A stretch of DNA of 64,000 bases from Cycas panzhihuaensis (GCA_023213395.1 CM041465.1:200453741-200517740); one strand, 5' to 3'; positions 24,745 to 38,060 are shown, counted from the stretch's first letter. A program made the numbers and translations. Notes: generated from the letters alone by a model not told the origin.

Positions 24745-27700
24745 AATCGAAGATGGAGGCCCTAAGGTCGAGCTGCCTTCGGAACTGTTCAAACTTCACC
24801 CTTTGCAGTGGTTTGGTGAAGATATCAGCCACTTGATCTGCTGTGGGGTAGTAATCTAATTGAATTGTACCGTCATGAACAAGTTCCCTAATCCTGTAGA
24901 CTTTCATACTTATATGTTTGGTACGATTGTGAAACACAGGATTTTTCGCCATGCAGATTACTAATTGATTATACACATGAAGGCTTGTAGGACTTGTTTG
25001 GGTGATATTCAATGTTTCCAATAATTTTCTTAGTCATATCACCTCTTTATTTGTCTCAAAAGCAATAATGTATTCAGCTTCGATAGTTGAATCTACAACT
25101 ATCTTCTGCCGTCTGGATCTCCATGATATCGGTGATGTTCTAAGAAACGTTACATACCCAAACGTAGATCTTCTTGTATCTTTATCTCTTGTAAACTCTG
25201 AGTCTGTGTATGTAGAAAGCTTGAAGTCTGAATTAGGTTTATACAACTGACCATATTTGTTGGTCATCTTAAGGTATCTCAACACTCGCACTCCTGCCTG
25301 CCAATGATTCTGCTTAGGATTTGTCATGTAACGAGCAAGAATGCCGATAGAATGTATAATATATGGCCTTGTATTGGTAGTGCAGATGAGACTACCTACA
25401 AGTTTCCTGTAGAGTGTTGTATCTGCCTCCCTAGTGTCATATTCAGCTGAGAGTTTGGTGTTAGGATCCATAGGTAACATCACTGGTCGAGCATCTTCTA
25501 ACTAAAACTTGGTTAGAAGTTCGTTGATATATTTTTCTTGGGAGAGGAAAATTTTTCCATTCTTTTGTGTTACTTCAATTCTCAAGTAATATTTCATCAA
25601 ACTGAGGTCAAATAATTCGAACATTTTGCCAAGGTCCTTTTTCAGTTGGCTTATTGTCTGTTTACTATTACCCGTTACTAGCATGTCATCCACAAAGATT
25701 ATGAGATAAGTGACTTTATCCTTATGGCACTTGATGAACATTGTTGCATCAATATCTTGATAGTCACAAACCTTGTATCCAAGTTGCCTCATCATTGTAG
25801 ACAACTTGGCAAACCAAGCGCGAGGGGCTTGTTTAAGGCTATACAAGGATTTTCTGAGCCTACAAACCTTATACTCTTGACCTTCGATCTTATGTCCTTC
25901 TGGCTGAGCCATGTAAATTTCTTCTTCAAGATCTCTATTGAGAAACGCGGTCTTAATATCGAGTTGGTGAATTTTCCAACCCCGTTGAGCAGCCAAGGCC
26001 ACAAGAGTTCTAATTGTAAGCCACTTGGTTGTAGGTGCAAAGACTTCAGTGTAGTCGATGCATTCCCTTTGTGTAAATCCTTTAGCTACCAACCTCACCT
26101 TGTGTTTTTCAAGGGTGCCGTCTAATCTATATTTGTTTTTGAACACCCATTTATTTTGAACTATCTTTCTTCCAAGTGGTAGATCAACGAGCTCCCATGT
26201 ACTGTTCTTAATAAGAGATTGGTACTCTTCGTTCATGTCGTTTCTCCAAGCTGTATGCTTTGCAACTTCTTGGTACGTTAAAGGCTCTTCATTAAAAGTA
26301 AGGTGCAATTCTGCTGGTTCAAGGTCAGTATATAATGATTCCTACATCCTTGCTCTATGGACACTTCGAGTGCTAATTTTTCCCACATCATCTAGTCGTA
26401 TGTCCTTATTGAGCTGGCAGGCTTCTTGAGATCCTCGAGTTGGGAATGATATCCTTATTTTCCAAACTTCTTAGTTCTCATCATATTCGTTAAAATGATT
26501 ATTTTGTGAGGAGGATGTTGATGTGCCTGAGGAAGATGGTCCTTCTACCATTGTTTTGCCTTTGTCAACTGAAGGTGGAGAGGATGGTTCTTCTATAATG
26601 GCTTTGCCTTTGTCAACTCTGTTATCTTAAAAGATGGTGTTGGATGTGCACTCATTGGTTTAGAGTCACAACTTGTATCCTCCATGGCTCTATTGTCAGC
26701 TTCCAACATTTAGAGTAATTTATGTCTGTTACCCTCCTAAATTTTAGAATCTGAACATCATACTTGATAACATTATTGTAGCGACGTGAGGGTACTATGG
26801 AGTCTAATTTAAGTAACTAATCCTTTGTCTCCACAAAAACGACATCTCTGGTAATGATGATTTTTCGTTGTGAAGGTATGAAGACCTTATACATTTTCTT
26901 ATCCATAGGGTATCCAACAAAGATGCCTTTAAGTGCCCTTGGCTGGAGTTTATTTCGATCTGCATCTAGAATATGGGCATAACATGTAGAGCCAAAAATT
27001 TTAAAGTAATGAACAATGGGGGCTTATCCTGACCACTTTTTATTAGGTGATTGTGCTTCCTTTAATGGGCTAACAATATTGATACAATAAACAGTTGTCC
27101 AGATTGCTTTAACCCATAAATAGGCAAAGTACATTTTTATATATTAACATAGCACGAGCCATGTTCATAATTATCCTGTTCATGTGCTCGGCAACTCCAT
27201 TTTGTTGTGGGGTGCCTGCTTATGTTGTTTGATGCTTTATGCCATTGTCTCGAAGGTAGCTTTCAAACTCATATGAGGTATATTCGCCACCATTATCAAT
27301 TTCAAAACATTTGAGTTGATAACCTGACTCTTTTTCAGTGAGGGCTTTGAATTCCTTGAATATACAAAATGCTTCATCTTTCTTGTATAGAAAATCTACC
27401 CATACTTTTCTAGTGAAATCACCAATGAAAGAGATGTAATATAGCTTGCCCTTTAGTGAAGGAATGGGCACTGGCCCGCACAAATCAGAGCATACTAAAT
27501 GTAATGGATGGATCGATTTCCAGTGACTTTTAGGAAAGGGTTGTCGTTGAGATTTGGCAATGATACAAGCTTCACATTTAAAGGGCTTAGAGAAAAACTT
27601 TGGAAGGTTTGGAAGAGTGTTAGAAAGATCTCTAAGTCTATCAATGTGAACATGGCCTATATGAGCATGTCAAAGAGCTTCTGGTGACAACGTTGGATGG

Positions 27701-29325
27701 GTCAAGATGGAATTAAATGCAAATTCTTCATCAGCACAAGGGCTTTGGGCGCAATGGGCTTCAGAAGATGGATAGTCATTCAGTGGAAAGAGTTTGCCAG
27801 AGAGATGTCCAGTCAAAACCATCTGATTAGTTAGAGGGTGAGTGACCTTAAGAGTCCGGTCATTTGCGGTTACACTCAGATCAAATCCACGAGAAACAAA
27901 TGTGGATAAAGAGAGTAGGTTTTGTTTGAGATTGGGTATGTATAAGACATCAATCAATATAAAATCTTCTAAGCCTAGGAGTTTCAAGCGAATGTTGCCA
28001 ATTCCTTCAACAGGTTGTTGTGATTTATCAACCATGTGAATAACTCCATGAATATTTGAGTCAAATGTTTGATATAGACTGCAATTGCATGTCATATGTT
28101 GAGTTACTCCTATGTCCATGATTCACTGTCCATCGATTGAAGCCACATTATTGGCAATTCCAATAAGGTTTGGCATTGGTGAAAGGAATTCACAAGTGAT
28201 ATATCCACACCAAGCTTCAAAAAATATCTTTGGTTGGTCAATGGAATTTGATGTTGAAAATCCCTCAATTCTTTGAATGTGTGCTTGTACAAAACCTGCA
28301 CCACTAAAGGATTCTTTACAAGTTTCAACATTGTGAGCTCTATGTTTTGGTTGGAACTTGGCCAACTTATAAGTGGAAGCTCTACAATCTTTTGCTAAGT
28401 GTCATTTACGATTACATAGATCACACATAATAGTTTGATTACCAATCCCTGAAGAAGTATTGGTTTAGCCTGATTGTCTTGCTCTTTGTTGAAGTGGCCC
28501 CTGGCCTTGAAACTGTCGAGGTTGTGATTGAGGGTTTGATTGACCTTGTGGACGATTTCCCATATTTCTTCTTCTTCCTCTTGCTCGGTTATTTCCTCTA
28601 CCACAAGAGGGACCTTGATTTTTTTTGTAGCAAACTTCTTCTTCTACCTCAAAGGCTGCATCTGGAAGAGATTCAGAGGCTACAAAGTTTGTATCAAAGG
28701 TCTTGTCAAATTCCATGAACTTTTTGGCAAGTGCTTCGAAGTTGAGTGTCTTCAATATTCCACTAGATTGGAGACTTCAAAGCAAGTTTTTATAATCAGG
28801 GACATGTAAACATGACTAGATCAAAAATGCCCAAATGATGTATTAGGTCTTAAAGTCTTTGTCAATTATCTGTTTGATTGGTCGAAGGAGATTTATTGTC
28901 TCATGACCTCGTCCCTTCTGCATTTTTAATTTATTCATTTTCAAAACAAGATGAACAAATTCTAAATCTAACTTTGTATCAAAGTTCTTTCTAAGAACTT
29001 CTAGAACCTTCCAAGCTGTATCATGTTCCTCTTCATTTATCAAATTGTGCAAGGAGTGATCAATGACCAACAAAATTCCTGCATGAATCTTTTCATCATC
29101 TATCTCTCATTGTAGTTTAGCTGCAGCATCTGTAGGAGTTGGTTGGGCAGATCCATTGGAAACAGTTATTGTAGTCGTTCTTTGGTATCTTTGGGTGTGA
29201 AATTGCAGGTGGGCTCTCCAAATGCCTTCATACTTTGCAGCATTTTTAATTCCAGTGTACCATATATCCCAATTTTCTTTGCCTTTTAATATGCAGTTAA
29301 CATTTTGCTTGAATTGAGATGACAT
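24745..29325 (-). pseudogene. Copia C gag-pol (interrupted)
   Basis: MSSQFKQNVNCILKGKENWDIW (29325); protease MDIGVTQHMT; integrase DFTRKVW/DNGGEY; RT KHKVRLVAKGFTQ, QLDIKTAFLN, IFVDDMLV; RNase H YTDSEF, RTKHI, QVADIFTKPL. Confidence 0.93.
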
Positions 29326-30094
29326 GGTGATGATGAAGAAGTAGAAGAGATAATAGAAGTATGTACCATTGACACGTGTGGCTAGTACACCTGGCACAAC
29401 AGGGATGTAGAAATGATTGTTATGATGAGAAGCAAGCAATGATTAACTATTTTTCAATAACTATATAAAAAAAAAAGAATATAAGTAATGATGCAAGAAT
29501 GAGGTCTAATGTAGAGCTAGCAAAGAGTGGTGATGTGTCATGCCATTAACCTCTCACTTATGTTCAAATGTATGTGAAGTTTCGATACCTAAGGCTTCTA
29601 GTATATGATTAAGGCCTTCACTCGCGATACCCACACCTACGCTTGGTGATGAAATCCAAGTCATAGTGGAGCCTAGGTACCGCCAGTCCTCACCTAATTC
29701 ACCAATGAGTAGCTATATACCTCCTCCGAAGAGTTAAATGGTACTGCGTATCCCATGGCTATGACAGATATTGGACCAGGTTAAGGTTTTTAGTTTTCCC
29801 GGGTGGTTATTAGGATTATCCTTGATTGGATGTCGTAGGTATGACTAACCTGTCCCTCCACCACTATTCTAATTAAGACTAGACCCAATATGAAACTCAC
29901 ACCTCCCTTAGGGCTTAGACTTCGACTAACCTTGGTCTATTTCAATCAAGGTGAGTGTGCACACAAGTCAAGAACTAATGGTATAGATCGTACCGATGAG
30001 ATTCCTTTTAGGAATAGTGTAAGATGTTTCTGTATAACTGAAAACTCAAATAGAAACTTGCCAAATATGCTTCATTATTTTCCATATTTTCTTT

Positions 30095-30180
30095 GTTATT
30101 GTTGCTGCTTTTGTGATGCTTTATTGTTGTTGCTACTTTTGTGATGCTTTATTATTGTTGCTGCTTTTATGATGCTTTAT
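30095..30180. repeat. Three copies of a ~28-bp unit (TTATTGTTGCTGCTTTTGTGATGCT) in the Copia C leader
   Basis: Direct read. Confidence 0.85.
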
Positions 30181-31318
30181 GCTATGTGTACAAATAGAAA
30201 AGCATGCTAGATTTAGCAGGAGAACCGGATGTTGCTTCCGATCTATGGTTTCCCTTGCTTTAATATAATGTTTCCAAATATGATTTTAAAAGTTTTGATA
30301 GAAAAACCACAATGGGCTAAAAAGAAGATAAAATTACTGCTAAAATAATGATTTTTCTAAATCTATATGCATGTTATTTTACCCTATTTTGTGATTTTTT
30401 CACAAAATTTACAAATAATGATAAATGGGTAAATTTTTAAAAATTACAAATATGAAGGCCTAAATGATGAAATTTAAATTTATGGTAGAAGGAAAAAGTG
30501 TTCAGAATGCTTTTTCTGATAAAGTTATGAAGTCATATTTCAAAAAAGACACAAAAAATTTTCTACCCGAAAAAGCACCAAAATAAAATCATGCCAGATC
30601 AACTATCTCAGAATTTGAACTTCAATATGTCAAACGTTGCGTTTTGACACGTACATTAACTTTCCCTTCTGCACCATCTGTAAAATCTGCCAAAAAATTA
30701 TCCGAAATGCCCTTGTAAGGTCCTTTATGAGGTTGAGTATGCAAAATCAGCAACCGTGAGAAAACTGCATAGATCTCACTAACCAGTAGATAAAATTTGA
30801 TGAGATTTATCTTAAACTGATTTTAAGACATAAATCTACCAGATCTCTTAATAAAACTTTCAGATCTTCAGTTTATAATTAAAAGATTTTATTAGGAAAA
30901 GTGCTTTAAATCACTTATCTACAAAATTTACCATTTTGTCACAGCCAAAACTCGTTGTTTCCGGTTAAATCTAAAGTTTCTCCAGAAGACAAAAATGATC
31001 CTCTAGTCAAGACGACCTTTCATGCTAAATTTTATCAAATTCTGAGATGGTCAAATGTTTATGAAATTTTGGGCTTTTAATGCTTCTGAGACTGTTCCGA
31101 CAGCTGAACGGTTTCAAAAACCTATATTCTTCACCTCTGAATTTCTTCACACATGGACAAAGTAGCAACATGCAAAATACTATAATTTTAAGCTCTCAAA
31201 ATGTTCAAAAAATAATGAATGCACTCTCAATACTTCACATTGAAGGTGAATGAGAGACTAAATGACTCCATGCAAGTGGAATAGAGTGAATAAATCCCCT
31301 TTTAGCTCTGATACCACA

Positions 31319-31630
31319 TGAAGAAATGATGGATCTTGAAAATAAATTACGCGCATACACACAATGATAATGGATAATGAAAAAGAAGATGAAACGAGAT
31401 ATGAGAGCAAGTTTGGAGGTAAAAATGAATAATGACTCCCTCCTTGAGATTTTACCTTTTATTATTAAGAGTGAACATTAGGGTTAGGATTTTTTCGCCT
31501 AATGACATGAACCTAAAATTACATCTAAATACACATAAAGTACATTTTATTAAGAGACTAATGCTAATAATATATCCTAAGATCACATAATTAATCTATA
31601 CAAATGACCTTGATACACTAACCTCTTTCA
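31319..31630 (-). repeat. 5' LTR of Copia C
   Basis: Pairs with 23984-24295 and is adjacent to the PBS at 31305-31316. Confidence 0.97.
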
Positions 31631-31900
31631 CCAACTTTACCTCAATTGTGCACGTTTACAATTAAGAGTTCCATAAAATTATAATTCATAATTACCTATT
31701 ACTATAGTTAATAATTATCTATAATTGCATTTCTACATCATGTTTGCAATAGAACACAATTAAGTTATGATGGATCACAACTAAGTTATGGCAAATCACT
31801 ACTAATTTGTGATAGGTTACAAGGACTTGCAACTAGGATACAATAGATCGTGTCTAGACTATAATAGGTTGTGATCTCTCAAGAGTTAACTCTTACTACA

Positions 31901-32985
31901 TGCCAATAGATTCATCATCAAAATACAATAAGAATGGCATGGTACATAGGCAATATGACACATAGATATAACAAAAATATACAGTAATATCAAAGGTTCA
32001 TTCTTTCAGCCGTATATTAAAAAAGGAAATAAAAAATATGTAGAAGAATGTAACACATGCTAAAGACAAAAGGTAATAGTGTCATCACTAGGCTTACTAT
32101 AAACCCAACTAATCCCAAACCAAAAATAACAAGGCATATCCTAGACTTCATCATAGGCCTCCCGATATGTAAAGGCATATACATAATATTTGTAGTAGTT
32201 GACAAATTAGCTATATAGATCCACTTCATGCCAATCAAAATAATAAATAAGGTATCTTAGACATCCATGCCTATCACTAGAACACTACGTAGCCCTATAC
32301 ACCAAAGTTGAAGCGATTAAAACAACATTGGAGGAAACCTAAGACATAATTAGGGCCCCAAAATATAACTTGATAATAGCCAAAAATATAATAAAGCAAT
32401 AAATTGACCAACATTGAACTAGAATTAGTTTTGCAATAGGAGGGATGGCATTTGTCTATCTACATAGTTATAAGCAAATGACTTAAGAAAGCAAAGTCAA
32501 ATAGAAACTAGCCCTACAATTCTAAGGGCCCTATAAAATCCAAAGAAATTAAGTAACATGGACTATGCCTTCAATCTACTTAATAAGGGAAATTTTCATT
32601 ATGCTTTTTACATATCTTGCCTAAAAAAGAAACTAGGGAATATAATATCCCATAATACAAAACTTCCAATACTAGCTAAAAAAGGCAAATTTGTTCTTGA
32701 ACCAGAAGGAATCTTGAAAGAAAGGGAAAATAAAGAAACTAGGGAATATAATATCCCATAATACAACACTTCCAATACTAGCTAAAAAAGGCAAATTTAT
32801 TCTTGAACCAGAAGGAATCTTGAAAGAAAGGGAAAGTAAATTATGATCCAAAATATTAAAATAATAGTTAATAAAATTAAGAGCCTTGCACTTGGAGAAT
32901 TCAACATGGGAAACAAACTTCATCTGAAATAACCCATACCTACATAAGCTTTAAAGATAAAATTTTTTAAAATTAAATGGTATGA
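31901..32985 (+). mobile_element. Gypsy (chromovirus-like) integrase/chromodomain fragment, internally deleted
   Basis: YVEECNTC*RQK zinc-binding region, DFIIGLP...IFVVVDKL, KLALQF*GPYKI, FHYAFYISCLKKKLG and LEPEGILKER...ENSTWE. Confidence 0.75.
32626..32835. repeat. 106-bp tandem duplication
   Basis: AAAGAAACTAGGGAATATAATATCCCATAATACAA...GAAAGAAAGGGAAA occurs at 32626 and 32732, with only ~2 differences. Confidence 0.93.
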
Positions 32986-34091
32986 CATGATCCTAATCAA
33001 CAACCAAGAACATCTTTGTTAAGTTGGCCATAAAATTATAATATTAGTAGTCTGCAACATAAGACTAAGTAAAAATAGTTAAATGGAAGGATGGGCTGAG
33101 CATCTATTTTGTTGTATTCTTCTTAAGAAACGCTAAATTTTTTGCTTGTGCATTTGGAGAGAACATCTCCAATTTTTGGGTTAAGAATATTATCGCCAAA
33201 CATTACATAATTTCTTTTAGTCAAATGGCATCCAACCTCCTCAATGACTATTTTCCATAATTCACACACATATAACATGGATTCAGACTTGGAACCAGTG
33301 TTTCTTGAAGCTCTAAGGTTAGAACTATTTTCTACTTATTCATTTTTCTCTTGTTTGGTTTGAGGAAGATGAGTGCAATAAGACATGTTGAGCAAATGGC
33401 ATGAAGAATGTAATCACTATTTTTGAAAAGAACACAAACACATCTAAAATCCATTTCAAACATGTTATAATCAATGGTATTCCTAACTCGTCTCCAATAT
33501 TAAATATAAGAGTGAATAGGGACCTTTGACCAACCATTAATTCAATTAATGTGCTAGTTCAAACTTTGAGACTAGCTCTCATAACTACTCTCATGATACT
33601 AACTTAAAGTAAAATAATATTATATAATAATATAATGAACCTACTCTACTCAAGAAAAATGGAAGACAAACCAGTGCTTAAAATTAAAACTTTACAACAG
33701 AAGCGATGTCCCACTCCCTCCACTAAAGAATTTAATATACATACATCCCACTACCTCTAAAAACTGTGGTGGACGGGTAGTAGCATGCTTTATAATTGCA
33801 CATAGAAACGGTAAAAAAAATTGGGCTCGTCTTTTATTAAATACAAATAAATAAGAAATAAATAGTAAGAAACTAAGGTTAAAGTGTCAAACCAATTCTG
33901 TACGCACAGATCGGAAATTTTCCAACGCATTTAATTTGTGCGTTAGCCTCGGCCAATTCTCTCACGGGCTGTCGACAATATGACTCAATTAAAAACCATG
34001 CAAATCATTTTAAAATTATGGTAAAACACCTGCACGCAAATTATTTAAAACCTCGAATATTATGTACAAAAGGAAAAAAAATCGTTGAAAA

Positions 34092-35966
34092 TTATTGAAC
34101 ACCGGCAGGCTCTCTATTTTGGGGCGGATGATCATTTTGGCCCCTTAAGCCAAGCGGGCCGCTACAGTCCAGAGACTCCGAGAGCTGCTGATCTTCCCTC
34201 ACATTGTTCAAAAATCCAGCAGAACTCATCTCGGCACACTCTCTCAGGAGGTCTCGAGGTCGAACCGCATAGACGCCCGAAAAGCAGGCATCGCAGAAGG
34301 AGGGGGCCTCTTCTCCGAGCACCCCCCTTAGCCTGTGGAGGGACAGAAAAGCAAGGGAATCGGCCCCTATAAACTTCCTGGTGTCCTCGAGGGTTAATCT
34401 GTGGGATATCAGTTCCTCTTTGGTGGGAGTGTCGACGCCATAATAGCAGGACCCAATTATGGGGGGACACGCTATTCTTAAGTGAACCTCTCGGGCACCG
34501 GCGTCCCTGAGGAGTCTTACTATTTTAGAGGAGGTGGTTCCTCGGACGATCGAATCATCGACGACCACCACTCTTTTACCCTCCAGAACGGCTCTGACCG
34601 GCGACAGCTTCAATTTTACCCCAAAATCCCTGATCTTCTGAGAGGGTTCGATGAAGGTCCGGCCCACGTAGTGCGACCTGATGAGCCCCTGCTGGAACGG
34701 CACTCCAGATTTCTCCGCGTACCCCAGAGCGGCCACCACGCCGGAGTCCGGCACCGGAATGACCACGTCGCAATCCACCGGGGCGTCCTCTGCCAGAATC
34801 TGCCCGAAGGCGTAGCGGGAATCGTACACGGAACGTCCGAACACGATGGAACTGGGAAGCGAAAAGTATATGTGCTCGAACACGCAAGCCTTTCTCTGTT
34901 TCCGGGGAACCAAGAACAGGGTGCTGATACCGTCCTCGTCCACCACCACCACCTCGCCGGGGTACACTTCTCGGACGTACTCCGCCTCGATCAGATCTAA
35001 TGCGCACGTCTCCGAGCCAAATACGATCGACCCGTTCTTTCTCTTCCCCATGACGAGGGGTCGAAACCCGTGAGGGTCGCGAGCGGCGATCAATTTGGTC
35101 TCCGTCAGGAACACCACGGAATAAGCCCCCTGCACCGCCTCCAGCGCCTCCACCACGCGCAGTATGAACGTCTCGGCCTTCGCCTTCGCAATGAGGTGAA
35201 GGAAAACTTCTGTGTCGGACGATGTATTGAAGATCGATCCGTTCTCTTCCAGCCTGCTGCGCAGTTCCCTGTAATTCACGAGGTTTCCGTTGTGCGCAAC
35301 GCCGACGGAGCCGAACCCGTAGCCCGCTACGAAGGGCTGGACGTTCCTGGCCTCGGAGCCCCCCGCGGTCGCGTACCTCACATGACCGATCGCCGAATTG
35401 CCGCTCAGCCCCCTCAGATTTGATTCGTCGAATACGTCTGAGACGAGCCCCACTCCGGTGACGGCTTTCAGAGTGCCGTTCTCGGCGGTCACGATTCCGG
35501 CGCCTTCTTGGCCGCGGTGTTGCAGGGAATGCAACGCGAGGTAGCACAGACGGCCGGCTTCCGGGTCGCCGTACACACCTGCTACACCGCATTCTTCTCT
35601 CAGTACATCTTCTTCGGAATTTTCTCCTGAGCCCCGCCTCTCTGCAACTGGATTTTCGCCGTCTTCTCGAATACTATTTTCCGGTTCTGCAACCTCCAGA
35701 ATGCCAACCTCGCCAGGGATTTTAGAATTTATGACTCGTGAAGAGCATCTTGATACGTCCACGGATTTCAGACTGTTGATCTCGCAGGGTACCTTCTTAC
35801 CCCATATTGCAGACGACGAACGGGAAGGTAACGAAAATGCAATTCTCGTAGGTTTCTTCTTCGATGTATCAATTTCCAACGCAGGGAGAATTATACCGTT
35901 CGGATGACAAATCTTCAAGACTTCCATGGCCGAACAATCTATCTGCGAACCGGCTGTTACTGACAT
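34092..35966 (-). CDS. ASE (purF): Amidophosphoribosyltransferase (glutamine PRPP amidotransferase, ATase), plastid-targeted, intronless CDS
   Basis: Intact 624-aa ORF with a Ser-rich transit peptide. Propeptide/Ntn cleavage site REE|CGV, LQHRGQEGAG, GHVRYAT, AHNGNLVN and SDTE. PRPP-binding VVVVDDSIVRGTTS. [4Fe-4S] Cys in ACVFEHIYF, SCYYGVD and FCDACF. Confidence 0.98.
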   Translation of the reverse strand: MSVTAGSQIDCSAMEVLKICHPNGIILPALEIDTSKKKPTRIAFSLPSRSSSAIWGKKVPCEINSLKSVDVSRCSSRVINSKIPGEVGILEVAEPENSIREDGENPVAERRGSGENSEEDVLREECGVAGVYGDPEAGRLCYLALHSLQHRGQEGAGIVTAENGTLKAVTGVGLVSDVFDESNLRGLSGNSAIGHVRYATAGGSEARNVQPFVAGYGFGSVGVAHNGNLVNYRELRSRLEENGSIFNTSSDTEVFLHLIAKAKAETFILRVVEALEAVQGAYSVVFLTETKLIAARDPHGFRPLVMGKRKNGSIVFGSETCALDLIEAEYVREVYPGEVVVVDEDGISTLFLVPRKQRKACVFEHIYFSLPSSIVFGRSVYDSRYAFGQILAEDAPVDCDVVIPVPDSGVVAALGYAEKSGVPFQQGLIRSHYVGRTFIEPSQKIRDFGVKLKLSPVRAVLEGKRVVVVDDSIVRGTTSSKIVRLLRDAGAREVHLRIACPPIIGSCYYGVDTPTKEELISHRLTLEDTRKFIGADSLAFLSLHRLRGVLGEEAPSFCDACFSGVYAVRPRDLLRECAEMSSAGFLNNVREDQQLSESLDCSGPLGLRGQNDHPPQNREPAGVQ

Positions 35967-35981
35967 AACAGAGCAGGAGAA

Positions 35982-36235
35982 CTATAATCGGAGACTGCGC
36001 TAATTAGATCCTCAGTTCACAGAAAACAAGAAAAAGACACGAATAGACTGATAAAAGGAGACCAACACTGATCGCTCCTACTAATTCCCCAGCTCAGGAC
36101 AACCGCGGACCCCTAATTATATGAAGATAGCGGAGGAGACAAACAGATTCATGGCAGGGGTGTTAAGCGCGTACCTGAATAACTATGGCTACCACAGACG
36201 AGCAAGTGGAGATAACTTCACTGTCAGTTTATACA
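35982..36235 (-). promoter_or_regulatory. Candidate TATA box and 5'-UTR intron of ASE
   Basis: On -: TATAAAC (~36226-36232), donor CAG|GTACGC at 36174, a polypyrimidine tract (36020-36040), CTAAT, and acceptor candidates GCAG (35995) or ATAG (35982). A G-box CACGTG lies further upstream at 36727-36732. These are motif matches only. Confidence 0.4.
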
Positions 36236-38058
36236 GGCGGTTGGGAGATTAACAGAATTAAGTGGAAACAAGGTGTTGGTGGGAGTTTCGGTCAAGAATT
36301 CGTTGAGATTTCAAAGATACCAAGATGTTTCTACTGATTGAATGTCGAGACGGCTCGAAAAGTTTATTATTATTAAAGCTGGATTAGAGCATGTTTGAGC
36401 GTGGAGATGGACCGTCGAGGAGATTCTTATATCGGGGAAACGACCAAAATCCCAGGCATCTCCACCGATTAAGAATATCAGAGAGTCTATTCTCGCCGAC
36501 CATCTTATCCTCCAAATTACTCCACGCCTTTCCACATCTCCGCCGGCCTCTCGATGCGACTTTTCTTTACCGATCATAAATTCAAAGAGCGGCAACCCTA
36601 CAAATCTGGTGGGTAGGGTCTGAGGGTTTAAGCGGGGTTTTGGGTTTCATAGGGCTTAGTTGTAACCTGCTCAGTTTTTTCGTTTGTGTAGACTTTTCAT
36701 GAAAGTGGAGAATGGAATGATGGTTTCACGTGGATCACCAGGTCGCAATGTAAAATTCCAGAAAATTTGGAGAGCTCATTTTAGGATCTTCTTAGTCAAA
36801 AACTAGCGCTTAGCATCGTTTCCTCGAGGGTGATTATGTAGGTGCCGAGATTATTAAGGTGCTGTATAAGTCAACAAAATCGGCGCTTTGAAATCAATCC
36901 ATTTTAAAGACTAGTCTATTCCCCTTGTAAATGGCCTTTTATGTCATGGGTCGAAGGACTAGAAGGTGTTAAAAGTCCTTGTGTGAAAAACCCCATAATC
37001 CTCATTTTCTTCATTGGATGTGTGGGAAGGGTGCATGCATTCAGCAATACTTAAAGTCCAATTAAATTGAGAATTAGTAAGAAGCCATGATAGCGGGTAT
37101 GGTGTTTCTAACATCCACTTTGCTACACCATAGGGGAATGTGGTTTTATACATTAATTTGGCCTAAGGAATGTCCTAGGATTGAAATGTAATAAGATAGG
37201 AAAGGTGCATTTTATTTTTAAACAAAAAGAAAATCTTTTATCAAAAGAAGGACCCATCCTCTTGAGTATGCTTGCTTAATAACTTTTGAGGAAAGAAAGG
37301 AATCTGACTTGATTTGAAGGATGAGTGTAAGCACATAACACTTGATATGAGGAATTTAGCAGCAAGAGTCATGTCATGCTACGTTATCCAATTTTATAGT
37401 TAAACTTGGATTCTAGAGTATTTAAATAACAAACTCGAATCTAGGACTAGGACTAGGACTTATATCTCTTAACATTGTAGTAGGATTCATTACAAAAAAG
37501 GAAAAAAGATATTTAAAACTAAGGCTTGCATTACGTTATGATCTCTAATTCGATGGTCAACTTTTGATTTCGTATGCTTGAATAACTAATTCATTCTTCA
37601 ATTAAAGTTGGATATGGAATGTCAACAACACATTACTTTTAATTTACGCTATACATTTCAAATAATTAAATAACATATCATTATTTAGAATACTTAAATG
37701 ACAAGAAGACCAAATCTATTCTCTTTTTAAAAGGGTATTTGTTAAAATTTCTATATATTAACCACATCCAATGCCGATCTTTGAATTTACATTTATTGGG
37801 TTATATCCTATTGTATTCAATATCATTAAATAGCTTAAACATTAATGTCCTCTTCTAAGGTAGAATTTATTTTAATCTTATTATATTTACAGATAGTATC
37901 TATAAAGATGTGCATAATTGTTGTGGACCCCATAACTCATAGTTATTATTAGTATAATTATTTAATATAGAATACATTTAATAATAAATAACATAGGTTA
38001 ACAATAATCTTAAGTTAAGATATAAAAAGGTAAGAATTATGATGAATTATGGAAAACC

Positions 38059-38060
<2 letters not shown>

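Larger units (their letters stand above)
23984..31630 (-). mobile_element. Full-length Ty1/Copia element C (7647 bp), TSD CCAAC
   Basis: 312-bp LTRs at 23984-24295 and 31319-31630 (TGAAG...TTTCA). TSD CCAAC at 23979-23983 and 31631-31635. Perfect PBS TGGTATCAGAGC (- strand) at 31305-31316 and PPT (GGGGGGGAT on -) at 24296-24304. Gag-PR-INT-RT-RH lie in Copia order. Confidence 0.97.

Noticed and set aside
33123-33325. Open minus-strand frame (…LWKIVIEEVG…) faintly like a hAT DUF659 segment
   Set aside because: Only a 5-residue resemblance, with no TIRs or other transposase motifs.
34085-35907. Long overlapping ORFs on both strands within ASE (e.g. 34576-35592 -, 34482-35000 +)
   Set aside because: These are shadow ORFs expected from high GC3, with Arg/Gly-rich text and no recognisable domain.
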